Notes under the pieces: model-generated
What the model saw: the letters and a program-made list of their open reading frames with translations, nothing else
Database searches by the model: none
What the model was told of the DNA's origin: nothing
Source: Mobula hypostoma
Lineage: Eukaryota
Direction of reading: 5' to 3'
Length of the DNA stretch: 64,000 nucleotides
NCBI RefSeq assembly: GCF_963921235.1
Contig: NC_086097.1
Span: forward strand, 127,784,001 to 127,848,000
Part shown: positions 61,976 to 64,000 of the stretch, in pieces
Position numbering within the stretch: position 1 is the stretch's first letter
Layout: each line of letters begins with the position of its first letter
Translations under genes and position numbers: made by a program

Positions 61976-64000
61976 TTCATACTCCTACCATCAATGTACC
62001 TATCCAAGTTTCTTTTAAGCATTGAAACTGAGTGTGCATGCACCACTTGCGCAGGCCAGTCGTTCCACACTCTCATGATCCTCTGAGTGAAGAAGTTTCT
62101 CCTCATGTTCCTCTTAATTTTTCACCTTCCACTTTTAACCCATGACCTCTAGCTGAAGTCCCACCCAACCTCAGTGGAAAAAAATCTGCTTGCATTTACC
62201 CTATCTACCCTCATAATTTTGTATACCTCTTTCAAATCTCCCCTCAATCTTCTACGATCCAAGCAATAAAGTCCTAACCTATTCAATCTTCCTTATAACT
62301 CAGGTCCTCTAGTCCTGGCAACATCCTGTACTCTTTCAACATTATTTACATCGTTCCTGGAGGTAGGTGATCAAATCTGCACATAATTCTCCAAATTAGG
62401 TCTCACCAACAATTTATACAACTTCAGAAAAATATCCCATGTCCTGTACTCAAAACATTGATTTATAGAGGCCAAAGAGACAAAAGCTTCCTTTATGACC
62501 CTATCTACCTGTGTTGCCACTTTCAATTATCAGTAATCCCAGATCCCTTTGTTCTACCGCACTCCTCACTGTCCTACCGTTCACCGGGTAAGACCTACCC
62601 TAGGTAGTCTCACCAAAGTGCAACAGCTTGCAATAGTCCGCTGCTTAACAAGCTATGAGCCCACAGTATTGCAGGGAAGATTCTAGCATGGATAAAGCAG
62701 TGGCTGATTGGCAGGAGGCAAAGAGTGGGAATAAAGGGAGCCTTTTCTGGTTGGCTGCTGATGACTGATGGTGTTCCACAGGGGTTTGTGTTGGGACTGA
62801 TCCTTTTTACGTTATATGTCAATGATTTGGATGAAGGAATTGATGGCTTGTTGTGAAGTTTGCAGGCGATTCGAAGATAGGCAGAGGGGCAGATAGTTTT
62901 GAGGAAACAGGGAGGCTACAGAAGGATTTAGACAGATTAGGAGAATGGACAAAGAAGTGGCTGAAGGAACATAGTACCAGGAAGTGTATGGTCATGTATG
63001 TTGGTAGAAGAAATGAAAAGGTCAACTATTTTCTAAATGGAAGGAAAATACAAAAATCTGAGGTGCAAAGGGACTAGGGGGTCTTTGTGCAGAATTCCTT
63101 AAAGGTTAATTTGCAGGTTGAGTGTGGTAAGGAAGGCAAATGCGATGTTCACATTCATTTGAAGAGAGCTAGGATATGAAAGCAAAACTGTAATGTTGAG
63201 ACTGTATAAAGCACTGCTGAGCATTCGCATAGAGTATTGTGTGGAGTTTTGGGCCCCTTGGAAAGGATGTGCTGAAACTGGAGAAGGTTTAAAGGAGGTT
63301 TACGAAAATGATTCCAGGATTAGGCCTTGATAGTGGATGTGGAGAGAATGTTTCCTATGGTGGAAGTATCTAAGATCAGAGGATACTGCCTCAAAATAGA
63401 AGAGCGTTCTTTTAGAAAGGAGATAAGGGGGAATTTCTTTAGCTAGAGAGCGGTAAATCTGTGGAATTCACTGCCAGAGGCAGTTGTGGATATTTAAGGC
63501 AGAGGCTGATAGATTATTGATTGGTCACGGCATGAAGGGATATGGGGTGAATGTAGGAGATCGGGGCTGAGAGGAAAAATGGATCAGTCATGATGGAAAT
63601 GGTGTAGCAGACTCAATGGGCCAAATGGCCTAAATCTGCTCCTGTGTCTTATATATCCTGTCCCTTAGAATGACTTCCATAACTTTCCCACTACTAATGT
63701 CAGGCTCACTGGCCTATCATTTCCTCGTTTAGTTTTAGAGCCTTTCTTAAACAGCGGAACAAGATTAGCAAAACTCCAATCCTCTGGTATCTTACCTGTC
63801 TCTAAAGATATTTTAAAAATCTCTGCTAAGGACCCTGTAATTTCTGCACATGCCTCTCACTGGATCCCGGGGAACAACTTATCAGGCCCTGGGGATTTAG
63901 CCATCTTAATTTGCTTCAAGATAGCAAACATCTCCTCTTCTGTAATTTATATAGGATCCATGACCTCACTGCTGTCTTTGCCTCACTTCTAAACACACTA
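61975..64000. mobile_element. Nested CR1 fragments (minus ~61975-62630, plus ~62635-63655, minus ~63655-64000)
   Basis: KFAGDSKIG..LQKDLDRLGEW on the plus strand, and CR1 3' and RT-proximal sequence on the minus strand. Confidence 0.82.

Overview
Vertebrate genomic DNA, most likely a cartilaginous fish (inferred from the repeat landscape: V-domain SINEs, Deu-domain SINEs, CR1, Rex-Babar, Penelope). It holds one host gene, the 5' end of SLC35B3 (PAPS transporter 2) on the minus strand: two coding exons at 16.7-17.2 kb and a CpG-rich promoter region with NRF1 motifs. Most of the rest is nested, decayed transposable elements. These are CR1, Rex-Babar, a full-length L1 with a 15-bp TSD, a HERO-like non-LTR element, Tigger/Tc1 derivatives, a CsRn1-type Gypsy provirus with paired LTRs, a repeat-inflated solo LTR and several Penelope-like elements carrying minimal hammerhead ribozyme motifs. 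The most unusual structure is a ~7.5-kb unit at 25759-33254 bounded by a single 14-bp TSD. It consists of an inverted Penelope pseudo-LTR, a 5'-LTR-less fish-type endogenous retrovirus (gag, protease, 2H-phosphoesterase, partial RT, env, 3' LTR) and a forward Penelope GIY-YIG/pseudo-LTR. This arrangement suggests the retrovirus was carried as cargo by a Penelope element. The TE-poor stretch at ~50.5-56.7 kb is a candidate for conserved non-coding elements. Coordinates of decayed repeats are approximate and no database searches were run.
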